From contig JBHJHA010000081.1 of NCBI GenBank assembly GCA_050331235.1, positions 1 to 43,773 on the forward strand: 43,773 bases of DNA. Reading direction: 5' to 3'. Both the position numbers and the translations under genes were made by a program. Of this stretch, positions 31,484-39,498 are shown piece by piece. The notes beneath the pieces were generated by a model, which ran no database searches, was not told the origin of the DNA, and saw nothing but the letters and a program-made list of their open reading frames with translations. Positions within the stretch are counted from its first letter, which is position 1. Each line of letters opens with the position of its first letter. Source of the DNA: Leptolyngbyaceae cyanobacterium. GTDB lineage: Bacteria; Cyanobacteriota; Cyanobacteriia; Phormidesmidales; Phormidesmidaceae.

Positions 31484-31996
31484 TTACTCGCTCGCCATCA
31501 GAGCCTCTAGCCGCAACTGGGCAATCTGGGCAATTTCGCTGAGTGCCCGCTCCATCTCTGCTGCTGGGGAGTTTGCTAATCGCTGCTCAAAGGCCTGGAG
31601 AATGCTGGCTTTGGTATAGGCTTTGACGGCAATGATAAAGGGGACGCCGAATTTGTCTCGATAGGCTTGATTGAGCTTGAGGAAGCGATCGTATTCCATC
31701 GGGCTCAGACGGTCTAAACCTGCAGCGGCTTGCTCTTTGACCGATGCTGCTGCCATGCGGGTCTTGCAACCTAAGTCTGGGTGGGCGCAAATGAGCCGCA
31801 GCTGTTCTGCTTCACTCATGCGGTGAACGACGTTGACCATACAGGCATGTAGCGCATCAAGGTCGAAAAAGGGGCGATAGTGCCAGGCGGCAGCGGCGAT
31901 CGCTGGAGTGGCTTCCCAAACTTCACCTAGAACGGCTACAAAGTCAGTTTGAGACATTTGATTGAGCTGAGCGAAGGAGGGCTGGGGACTATCCAT
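31484..31996 (-). CDS. uraD: OHCU decarboxylase
   Basis: LI.AHPDLG, S..EQ..AGL, LN.AY..KFG.PFIIAV, A..EI..IA.LRL. Confidence 0.93.
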   Translation of the reverse strand: MDSPQPSFAQLNQMSQTDFVAVLGEVWEATPAIAAAAWHYRPFFDLDALHACMVNVVHRMSEAEQLRLICAHPDLGCKTRMAAASVKEQAAAGLDRLSPMEYDRFLKLNQAYRDKFGVPFIIAVKAYTKASILQAFEQRLANSPAAEMERALSEIAQIAQLRLEALMASE

Positions 31997-32040
31997 AAAT
32001 GAGTGGCTGAGAAATTGCGAGGGTTGACTGCGCCTCGGGG

Positions 32041-33201
32041 CTAGTGCAGCGGTCCCCCTAAGATGACTTTGGCGATCGCCTCGGTGACGGCTTGGGGAGA
32101 CTCATGTCGAAGTTGCTTGTACCATGCCTGCGTGTTTTCAGGCACTTTGTTGTAAATCATATCGGTGCGCCTGCGGGCCTTGAGCACGAGGTCAGCGACG
32201 CGATCTTTACGCTCCGCTTCGTAGCGCTTGAGGGCATCGGCGACACCGAGGTTGGTCGTAACCAGATAACGACACAGTACCTCAGCGTCTTCCAATGCTT
32301 GGCAGCCCCCTTGCCCGAGGGTAGGCGTAGAGGCATGGGCCGCATCGCCGACTAAAGCCACCCGACCCCTAACGAGCTGAGATAAGGGATCAAGATCGCT
32401 AATTTCGAGACGGTTGATTGGGCGATCGGCCAATTTCTGGATCAAACGCTGCACTGGCGGGGCCCAACGGGCAAAGATGTCGGCGAGCTCGGCAGGAATA
32501 TTTTCGGGGGCCGTGGTGGTGCCAGGAGGTTTCGGACAACCAAAGAAAAAGTAAAAGCGATCGCCCCCCACGGGCATCATGGAGGCTCGCTTGCCCTCGC
32601 CAACGTAAATCACCCAAGTATCGTGGGCCGGCAACCCATCATCGGCATCCACTAGACCATTCCAATTGACGTAGTTGGCGTAGCGGGTGTTAGCTGGGCC
32701 AGCTACATAGCTGCGCAGGGCTGAGTGAATGCCGTCAGCCCCAACCACAAGGTCGCCCGTGGCCGTACTGCCGTCGGCAAATATTGCTGTGGCACTGTGG
32801 TTGTCTTGCCTCACGGCAACACAGCGCTGCCCTAGGTACACCCGCTCTTCGCCAAAGGCCGTTAGCATAACTGCTTGCAGATCCGTGCGAGAGACCGGAT
32901 AGGGTCTCTGTCCCACCTTTTCAAACAGCGGAGTCAAATCAATGGGATTGAGCAACTCGTCTCGGTGGGTGCGATATTCCATCCGATTCATTTGACCGCC
33001 AATGGCGGCAACGGCGTTGCCAAGGCCCCACCGATTAAGGATTTTGATGCCGTTTGACCAGAGTGAAATGCCGGCTCCAGCTGGGCGGATGTGCCTGGTT
33101 TTCTCATAGATCTCGACGTCATAGCCCACCTGCTTGAGGGCGATGCCGGTGCCTAGCCCGGCCATGCCGGCCCCGATCACGATCGCTTTGAGTCCGTACA
33201 T
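32041..33201 (-). CDS. hpxO: FAD-dependent urate hydroxylase HpxO
   Basis: IGAGMAG, GAGISLWSNG, GQRPYPVSR, YVNWNGLV, VGEGKRASMMPV, GDAAH..TP.LGQGGC, terminal GGPL; adjacent to uraD. Confidence 0.9.
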   Translation of the reverse strand: MYGLKAIVIGAGMAGLGTGIALKQVGYDVEIYEKTRHIRPAGAGISLWSNGIKILNRWGLGNAVAAIGGQMNRMEYRTHRDELLNPIDLTPLFEKVGQRPYPVSRTDLQAVMLTAFGEERVYLGQRCVAVRQDNHSATAIFADGSTATGDLVVGADGIHSALRSYVAGPANTRYANYVNWNGLVDADDGLPAHDTWVIYVGEGKRASMMPVGGDRFYFFFGCPKPPGTTTAPENIPAELADIFARWAPPVQRLIQKLADRPINRLEISDLDPLSQLVRGRVALVGDAAHASTPTLGQGGCQALEDAEVLCRYLVTTNLGVADALKRYEAERKDRVADLVLKARRRTDMIYNKVPENTQAWYKQLRHESPQAVTEAIAKVILGGPLH

Positions 33202-33374
33202 TGACTTGATTTCCTGTGAAAGATGAGTGGTGGGTAGACCTGAAGGTCAAGATGAAGGGGCCACTGGATTTGTCTCTCTATGCATATCGCGATTCAACCC
33301 GGTTTTTTGTAGCTCCCTTTGCCCCTTGGGCAGTCTAGCCACGAACCAGCGGTCAAGCGCGCAGCGTAATAACA

Positions 33375-34715
33375 TCACGAGGCTGCATCCATACGGCCGG
33401 GACTTAGCAACTGGTGGGGATCGAACTGCTGGCGCAGGCGCGACATCAACATTTGGGTAGGTCGATTGAGCTGCCAAGAAGAAAACTGATCTTTCCAGTC
33501 TTGCGGTGCGCGCAGCAAATTGAGATAGCCTTTGGCGCTTTGACAGTACTGTCGAACGCTAGTGAGCTGCTGGAGTGATGTGCGCTCTGGATCGAGCTTG
33601 AGCGTGCCCATGCCGCTGCTGGCATGGAGTCGCGCTTGCCAAGTTTCCGCTGTTAGAGAGGTCCGCAGGTGCTCAAATAAGTCAATGGCCTGGGCGGGTA
33701 AGATACCCATCTGGGCGATCGCGGTGTCGGCCTGACTGTCATCAAACATTCTACGGTCAAGCGCCTGCCAAAATTGGCTGTCCGCATCATCGGTGAGAGC
33801 CTGCCAAGTCAGTTCATAGGGGTGAGTCATAGCCTGTAAGCGCTCGATTTGCTCGGCGACGCCAGCGGCAATACTTTGAAACTGGAGGGCTAATCCAATA
33901 TCTTGCTGAGGTTGAGGAAGGTGAGATCGGGAGAGCACATCCAACCGGACCGGCGTGAGCGATGACAGCAAAACCGCCGCAGTGATTTGCTGAATGGTCT
34001 GGGCTGATCCCTGGAGAACAATGGTTTGAGAAGCCTCTTGCTGGGGAAATGTCCGCAATGTAAGCTCCGTCAAAATGCCCAGGGTGCCAAATGACCCGCT
34101 CATCAGCTTCATGAGATCGTAGCCAGCTACGTTTTTCACCACCCGGCCGCCAGCTTTGGCCAGCTGTCCGTCGTACCGCACAAACGTTACACCGATGAGC
34201 TGATCGCGAATGCCGCCGTAGCGCTGGCGCAGGGCATTGGTATTGCGGGTCGCGATAATCCCTCCCAGGGTGGCAAGTTCGGTAAAGGCGGGATCGAGGG
34301 CTAAAAACTGCCGGGTCTTTGAAAGTAAACGTTGAATCCGGTCGAAGGTAACTCCTGATTGAGCTGTGACGGTGAGGTCGCCTACTGCATGCTCGATTAT
34401 CTGGTTCAGCTCTCGGGTACTAATGACCAAATCGATGCCATTGGTCAAGGCCCCCCAGTCGAGCTTGCTCCCCTGACCACAGGGCAACAGACGCCACCGA
34501 TTTGTGTGAGCACAGGCGACAACTTCAGTGAGTTGTTCAAGATTCTGAGGAAAAACGACGCACTCCGGGCGTTGGTCGGGGACGATCGCACGACGCACTT
34601 GACGCTGCCAGCGGCCATCGAGCTCCTCGAATGAGATGACCTGCGAGGCGGGTAATAGAGCAGCCACTGTTTGGGCGATTGACCCCATAATCGTAATTCC
34701 ATATGTCACCGTCAT
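33375..34715 (-). CDS. glcE: FAD-binding oxidoreductase, glycolate oxidase subunit GlcE-like
   Basis: G.GSKL.WG, GDLTVT, ATLGG, RYGG.RD, AGGRVVKNVAGYDLMKL..GS.GTLG, FDP...LSPGR. Confidence 0.82.
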   Translation of the reverse strand: MTVTYGITIMGSIAQTVAALLPASQVISFEELDGRWQRQVRRAIVPDQRPECVVFPQNLEQLTEVVACAHTNRWRLLPCGQGSKLDWGALTNGIDLVISTRELNQIIEHAVGDLTVTAQSGVTFDRIQRLLSKTRQFLALDPAFTELATLGGIIATRNTNALRQRYGGIRDQLIGVTFVRYDGQLAKAGGRVVKNVAGYDLMKLMSGSFGTLGILTELTLRTFPQQEASQTIVLQGSAQTIQQITAAVLLSSLTPVRLDVLSRSHLPQPQQDIGLALQFQSIAAGVAEQIERLQAMTHPYELTWQALTDDADSQFWQALDRRMFDDSQADTAIAQMGILPAQAIDLFEHLRTSLTAETWQARLHASSGMGTLKLDPERTSLQQLTSVRQYCQSAKGYLNLLRAPQDWKDQFSSWQLNRPTQMLMSRLRQQFDPHQLLSPGRMDAAS

Positions 34716-34906
34716 TAGTGTAAGACGATGCTCTCACTGGAACTTTGATTGCCGCGGGAAAAGATGAAAATTGTGGCGATCGCCGATTGGCTAACCATCA
34801 GCTACGCCCCACCTAGGGCCAGGACAAGTTGGCCTGGCCTCAGATCGCAGACTCGACTACCCCAGTAATTAAAAAGCGGGGGTGGAGTTGATGCCGAGTT
34901 AGCGAT

Positions 34907-35701
34907 TTAGTCAATATTGATAGCGGTGGGGCCACTGCTGCCGTTGGCTGAGGTCCCAGTACGGGTTCGACGATAGTCTGCATAGAGGCGATCGCGCCAG
35001 GCAAAGAAAGGCTGGTAGCTAATGTCGTCCGCTAATCCAGGTACGCCCTTATTGCAGATCCCTTCTGGCAAGTCGACGTACTGCTTCGCGGGGAACTTGA
35101 TGTACATGGTCAAGCCCGCTACCGCAAAGTCAGCGAGCGTTGGCTGTTCGCCAACTAGGTAAGGTTGCTGGCTGAGCATGAGGCACAGGGCTTCCAGCGC
35201 TTGTTTGAGAATGCCCGTGGACTCCTTCACAGCGTCAGGACCGAACCCGGCACCGATGCCTAGAATACTCAAGACGTCTCCCGGCACCGCGCCCACCAAA
35301 GTTTTGACGACATCGGGGGTAGCCGTTGGCAACAGCGCTGTGCGGAAGTTGGGGTGCTGGCTAAAAGCGCCAATCATGGCTTTACGCCCGTGAATCCCCA
35401 ATGATTCATCGGCCCAATCTTCTAGGGCTAAAGCCAGTCCTTTTTGGCGACCGTCAGTGGGCATAACGGGGCGGTCAGGATATTTATCATCTAAGTAACG
35501 AGCGATCGCAGTGGAGTCAGGGATGATGTCATTACCGTCTTTGAGGACGGGGACTTTACGCTGACCGGACATCTGATAGAGCTCAATTTGTCCAACCCCG
35601 GGAGTAACCTCAGTGGTTTTATAAGGCAACTGCTTGTAGTCGAGAATTAGCTTAACCTTTTCGCTGTAGGCTGACGCTTCAAACTGATAAAGCTCGAGCA
35701 T
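34907..35701 (-). CDS. Glutathione S-transferase family protein
   Basis: LELYQFE.S.YSEKV, SGQ.KVPVL, DST.IA.YLD, PTLADF. Confidence 0.9.
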   Translation of the reverse strand: MLELYQFEASAYSEKVKLILDYKQLPYKTTEVTPGVGQIELYQMSGQRKVPVLKDGNDIIPDSTAIARYLDDKYPDRPVMPTDGRQKGLALALEDWADESLGIHGRKAMIGAFSQHPNFRTALLPTATPDVVKTLVGAVPGDVLSILGIGAGFGPDAVKESTGILKQALEALCLMLSQQPYLVGEQPTLADFAVAGLTMYIKFPAKQYVDLPEGICNKGVPGLADDISYQPFFAWRDRLYADYRRTRTGTSANGSSGPTAINID

Positions 35702-35725
35702 AGAGATACCGTGAGACAACCTCGT

Positions 35726-36520
35726 TTACTCTACCGTGCTTGCCCCAGCAGCGGCACAGGCAGAGTTGGTGGACGGCTGTGACTCGACGATGACTTGTTC
35801 AAAGCCGGTGTTGGCGAGCAGTTGGCTGACGACGAGCTCAGCGCGATCGCTGGCCTGCTGCATAATGCCTTCCTGGCAGGCCGCGTAGATGATTTTTTGT
35901 AGTGCCATGATTTGGGCCTTGTCTTGGAGCTCAGGGGCGCGGTCAGGCCCCAAGCCTAAAAATCCTCGGTCGTAGTCAAACACCTGTGACTGCCCGACAT
36001 CGATTTTTTTATCAATGATTTTGGCAGGGGGCAAAAGTACCCGCAGCACTTCACCATTGGTCTGCACTTGTGCAGGAGCGATCGCGCTTAAATCAACTCC
36101 GGCTCGGACTTCACCTTTGGCGATATAGACCAGCGTCGTTTTGCCCACTTCATAGTTGGCGATGACGCGACTGCTTGAGGTCGGAACCACCGCCTCCATG
36201 GTGAAAATTGCTGTGGTGAGGTCACTAGCGCTGCGGATTTGTTGCACCACCACCGTTTGCACATCGACTTCTTCGACTGGTTCTGCCGGCAGAAAGGCTG
36301 ACCGAATGTTCGCAACGAAATCTTCCCCTGAGCGCCACAAGCCCACCCCAGCAATCATCCCAATGAGCAACATGCCGCCCGATAGACTACCCAGTAGCCC
36401 CTGAACCAACCGCAACAAAAAAGGAGGCTGGGGCTGGCGAGGAGGAATTTCCCCCCGCTCAGACCGGGCTGACAGATAGTCAAGATCGGGCTGATCGAGA
36501 TGAGGCGGTTTGAGGGCCAC
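35726..36520 (-). CDS. DUF4230 domain protein
   Basis: Single TM, S.LTT, YIA.GEVRAGVDL, V.LPP.KI, AC..GI...A..RA; start uncertain (GTG 36520 chosen). Confidence 0.82.
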   Translation of the reverse strand: MALKPPHLDQPDLDYLSARSERGEIPPRQPQPPFLLRLVQGLLGSLSGGMLLIGMIAGVGLWRSGEDFVANIRSAFLPAEPVEEVDVQTVVVQQIRSASDLTTAIFTMEAVVPTSSSRVIANYEVGKTTLVYIAKGEVRAGVDLSAIAPAQVQTNGEVLRVLLPPAKIIDKKIDVGQSQVFDYDRGFLGLGPDRAPELQDKAQIMALQKIIYAACQEGIMQQASDRAELVVSQLLANTGFEQVIVESQPSTNSACAAAGASTVE

Positions 36521-36772
36521 AGTCCAGAGATCTCCAAATAGGCGATGATGGCTGAATACGGTAGCGTAGTACTGGCTATGAGCGTAACAAGAATTGAACC
36601 GGACTTCATGGATGACGGGCCGGTGGAAAAACCGTATTAGTTCGTATGTATTATAAGTCGGCTGGCGGGGATTGTCACCATTTTGATAACGCGATCGCAG
36701 CCGTCCAAGGCCCCAGTTGTGAGGCATGATTGATGCTAAGTGAAGTTAAGCGAATGTCTCACCTCTGCGATC

Positions 36773-37528
36773 GTGACTCAAATTGGCAAGGTTTATTTGG
36801 TTGGGGCGGGGCCCGGTGCCGTGGATTTGCTGACGGTCAGAGCCCACCAGCTCTTGACCCAAGCGGCTGTGCTGGTGCATGACGCCTTGGTGAATCCTGA
36901 TCTATTGGCCCTATTACCGCCCCACTGTGAGATCCACCTGGTGGGTAAGCGGGGTGGCCAAGCCAGTTGGTCCCAGAGCGAAATTGATCGCCTACTCGTC
37001 GATTTATGCCAGCAGGGCCAGCAGGTCGTACGGCTCAAAAGCGGAGATCCGTTTATTTTTGGCCGCACTACTTCAGAAATCCAGGCCCTCAAAGCAGCGG
37101 GCTGTGAATTTGAGGTGATTCCGGGCTTGTCATCTGCCACCGTGGCCCCGCTTTTAGCCGGGATTCCCTTGACTGATCCCGTGCTCGGTAGTCAGTTCAC
37201 CGTCTTGACGGCCCATGATCTGGAACTTCACAACTGGGAGGCCCTGGCGCAAATGGCCGTGTTAGTGGTGTTGATGGGGGGCCGTCACCTAGCGGAAATT
37301 TGCGATCGCCTGATCCGCTACGGCAAACGAGCGGAAACGCCGGTGGCCATCATTCGCTGGGCGAGCCAGCCCCAGCAGCAAATTTGGGAAGGAACCTTAC
37401 TGAACATTGCACAACTGACAAAGGCACAAAAGCTATCCCCATCTATCATCGTGATTGGTGAAGTGGTCGGCCTGCGGCCTTACCTAAAGCCAGACGCTTC
37501 ACCAAGCAACATGCCGGATCTGGAATGA
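36773..37528 (+). CDS. cobA: Uroporphyrinogen-III C-methyltransferase
   Basis: GKVYLVGAGPG, DALV, VGKRGG, VVRLKSGDPFIFGR, IPG.SSA, LMGG, VIGEVV. Confidence 0.9.
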   Translation: MTQIGKVYLVGAGPGAVDLLTVRAHQLLTQAAVLVHDALVNPDLLALLPPHCEIHLVGKRGGQASWSQSEIDRLLVDLCQQGQQVVRLKSGDPFIFGRTTSEIQALKAAGCEFEVIPGLSSATVAPLLAGIPLTDPVLGSQFTVLTAHDLELHNWEALAQMAVLVVLMGGRHLAEICDRLIRYGKRAETPVAIIRWASQPQQQIWEGTLLNIAQLTKAQKLSPSIIVIGEVVGLRPYLKPDASPSNMPDLE

Positions 37529-37627
37529 GCGGCTGACAACTTCTCTGCCTGTTCTCAGAAAAGTTACCGTTGGGGTTCAGGTTGGCCCTCTACCTTGCAA
37601 GATGAACCCCATTGAGAGGCTTTTACC

Positions 37628-38182
37628 ATGCTGATCTCCCGACTGACACTGAGTGGTTTGACCTTAATCACAGCGTTTGTGATGACCGCATGTACACAAC
37701 CCACTCCTTCCTGCAGTGAGGCATAACCTTCAACGACTCTGGTTGAGTCAGCGTAGCCAGCCTCAACGATCCCCGATGAGACGGCTGAAAATGCTGACAC
37801 GACCCCGCCCGAGCCCGAGTCTGCAGTAACCACCGTTGCTCGTACTGGAACCTTTGCCTCGGCGGAACATGAGACCACTGGTAGGGCAGAGCTGGTCAGC
37901 ACTAATGGTCAACAAACGTTGAAATTTGATGGGGCGTTTGCCACCTCTGATGGTCCCGACTTAGTAGTGGTGCTGCATCGTTCGGCCAATGTGATCGGAG
38001 AGAGTACGCCGCCGGCCTATCCGCTCAATGAGGCGGATTACGTCGTGATTGCGCCCCTGATGGCAATCAGCGGTGCCCAAGAGTATGTCGTACCAGCGGA
38101 AATTGACCTGACAGAATTTGAGTCGGTGGCAGTTTGGTGTCAAGCCTTTAACGCCACCTTTGGCGCGGCGACCCTACAGTAG
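37628..38182 (+). pseudogene. DM13-domain lipoprotein gene interrupted by two in-frame stop codons
   Basis: A single frame from ATG 37628: signal peptide ...VMTA-C, TAA 37724-37726, TAG 37754-37756, then GTF...EH.T.G, GPDL.V.L, G.Q.Y..P, VAVWC..FNATFG.A.L. Confidence 0.82.
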
Positions 38183-38271
38183 CTCCGCGATCGCTGGCAA
38201 GCCAGCATTGGCCGCGACTTATAACTCCTAAGCCGGCTGGTCGGCGGGCACTGCAACTTGGGGCCGCATGG

Positions 38272-39354
38272 CTAGGGCAGGGCCTGGGTGAGCTGGTGTG
38301 TCAGATCGGGTGAGCCCTTGGTCAGTACTCGATGATCTACTCCGTTTTGGGCCAGCATTTCCCGATAGGTATTGGCTTGCTCAGGGGAGTCAGCGATCGC
38401 AATCAGCCAGGGAACAGTCGCGGTTCGATACACCCCCAGCGATCGCACATCGAGCGAAAAGGCCCCGGGACGAAAGTGGGGATTTTTGTCGCCGTCGTAC
38501 TCAAACTTACTCAACATGAGCTGGAAAGAGCAAATGGTGGTGGCATCAAGCGACGGTGCCGCAGGCTGGGTCTTGGCCCGAAACGTTGCAATAAAGGCGG
38601 CAAAGGGAATGTCGGCGACTATCCACTGGTCTGGTTCTGTATCGGCAGAATAGCAGTAGGCTCGGCTATCCCAGCTGTTGCTGTTGCGCAGGATGACCTT
38701 ATACCGCTGGCCATCACCCCGCAACACGAGGCGAATCCCTTGCCAACCTTGGAGGTTAAAGGGCGGTTCAAAATTTCGGGTCCGCACGCTGGCAAAGCCA
38801 CCGGAGTTGGCAGTGGAGACCGTACCAGAAAAGCGAGCATAGCCCGGTAGTAAGCCCATGCCGCTGGCGCTAACGCCCCCCATAACTACGTCATCCACGG
38901 CTCCCCAGATTTCTTGCAATCCAGCGGTGTTGGTGGTGCGAAAGTCGAAGAGAGCGTATTCTTCGCTCACGGGCAAGGTCTGCAGATCTGACAGTTGCGC
39001 CGCAAAGCATTCTTCATCATCGGGGACACCCTGCCAGATCACAGCCTGAGCATTCACGATGCGATTGGTCTCAGCCTCGGGTAAGGGCGAATCATAGGGC
39101 AAAATCTGCGATCGCACCTGACATCCTTGATGATGGAGCTCGTCAGTCAGGGCATCAGCTTCTGGCCCCTCTCCGGATAGGAGGACGATTGCCAAGTCTG
39201 GGCTCATGGCGGTGGCAGCGGGGGCTTCAGGATTAGAAGTGGCACCAAACATTTGTTGTAACCAGCGGATGTTACCGACGAAGGGAATTTCTCCAAAGAA
39301 GTTGAGCGTATCGACCAGTCTGAGCGGATTCCAGTTGTTGCTTGATTGGGTCAT
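38272..39354 (-). CDS. CIA30 (complex I intermediate-associated protein 30) domain protein
   Basis: WGAVDDVVMGGVS, F.G.VST.NSGGFASVR, GDGQRYK, QLMLSKFEYDG..NP.F. Confidence 0.88.
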   Translation of the reverse strand: MTQSSNNWNPLRLVDTLNFFGEIPFVGNIRWLQQMFGATSNPEAPAATAMSPDLAIVLLSGEGPEADALTDELHHQGCQVRSQILPYDSPLPEAETNRIVNAQAVIWQGVPDDEECFAAQLSDLQTLPVSEEYALFDFRTTNTAGLQEIWGAVDDVVMGGVSASGMGLLPGYARFSGTVSTANSGGFASVRTRNFEPPFNLQGWQGIRLVLRGDGQRYKVILRNSNSWDSRAYCYSADTEPDQWIVADIPFAAFIATFRAKTQPAAPSLDATTICSFQLMLSKFEYDGDKNPHFRPGAFSLDVRSLGVYRTATVPWLIAIADSPEQANTYREMLAQNGVDHRVLTKGSPDLTHQLTQALP

Positions 39355-39498
39355 GGTGAGCGATTCCCAAACGCAGATGGGCAAAACAGTTCCGGTGGCC
39401 TACCATTTCTGGCATTTGCTTCCCTGTCGGGTATCGTAGCAAGTTCTCATACCGATGCTGTGAATTTTGCAATCGATAGGGCTCTGTCACGGGAAGCT

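Noticed and set aside
34817..34839. GGCCAGG-ACAAGTTGG-CCTGGCC inverted repeat between GST and glcE
   Set aside because: Short, with no U-tract and no second copy; it cannot be assigned as a terminator or mobile-element end.
37564..37902. 112-aa minus-strand ORF
   Set aside because: It is the antisense of the interrupted DM13 lipoprotein frame, which has clear signal-peptide and domain motifs.
37919..38182. 87-aa ORF as an independent gene
   Set aside because: It starts at a TTG inside the DM13 domain, after the conserved GTF...EH.T.G motif, so it is a fragment of the pseudogene.
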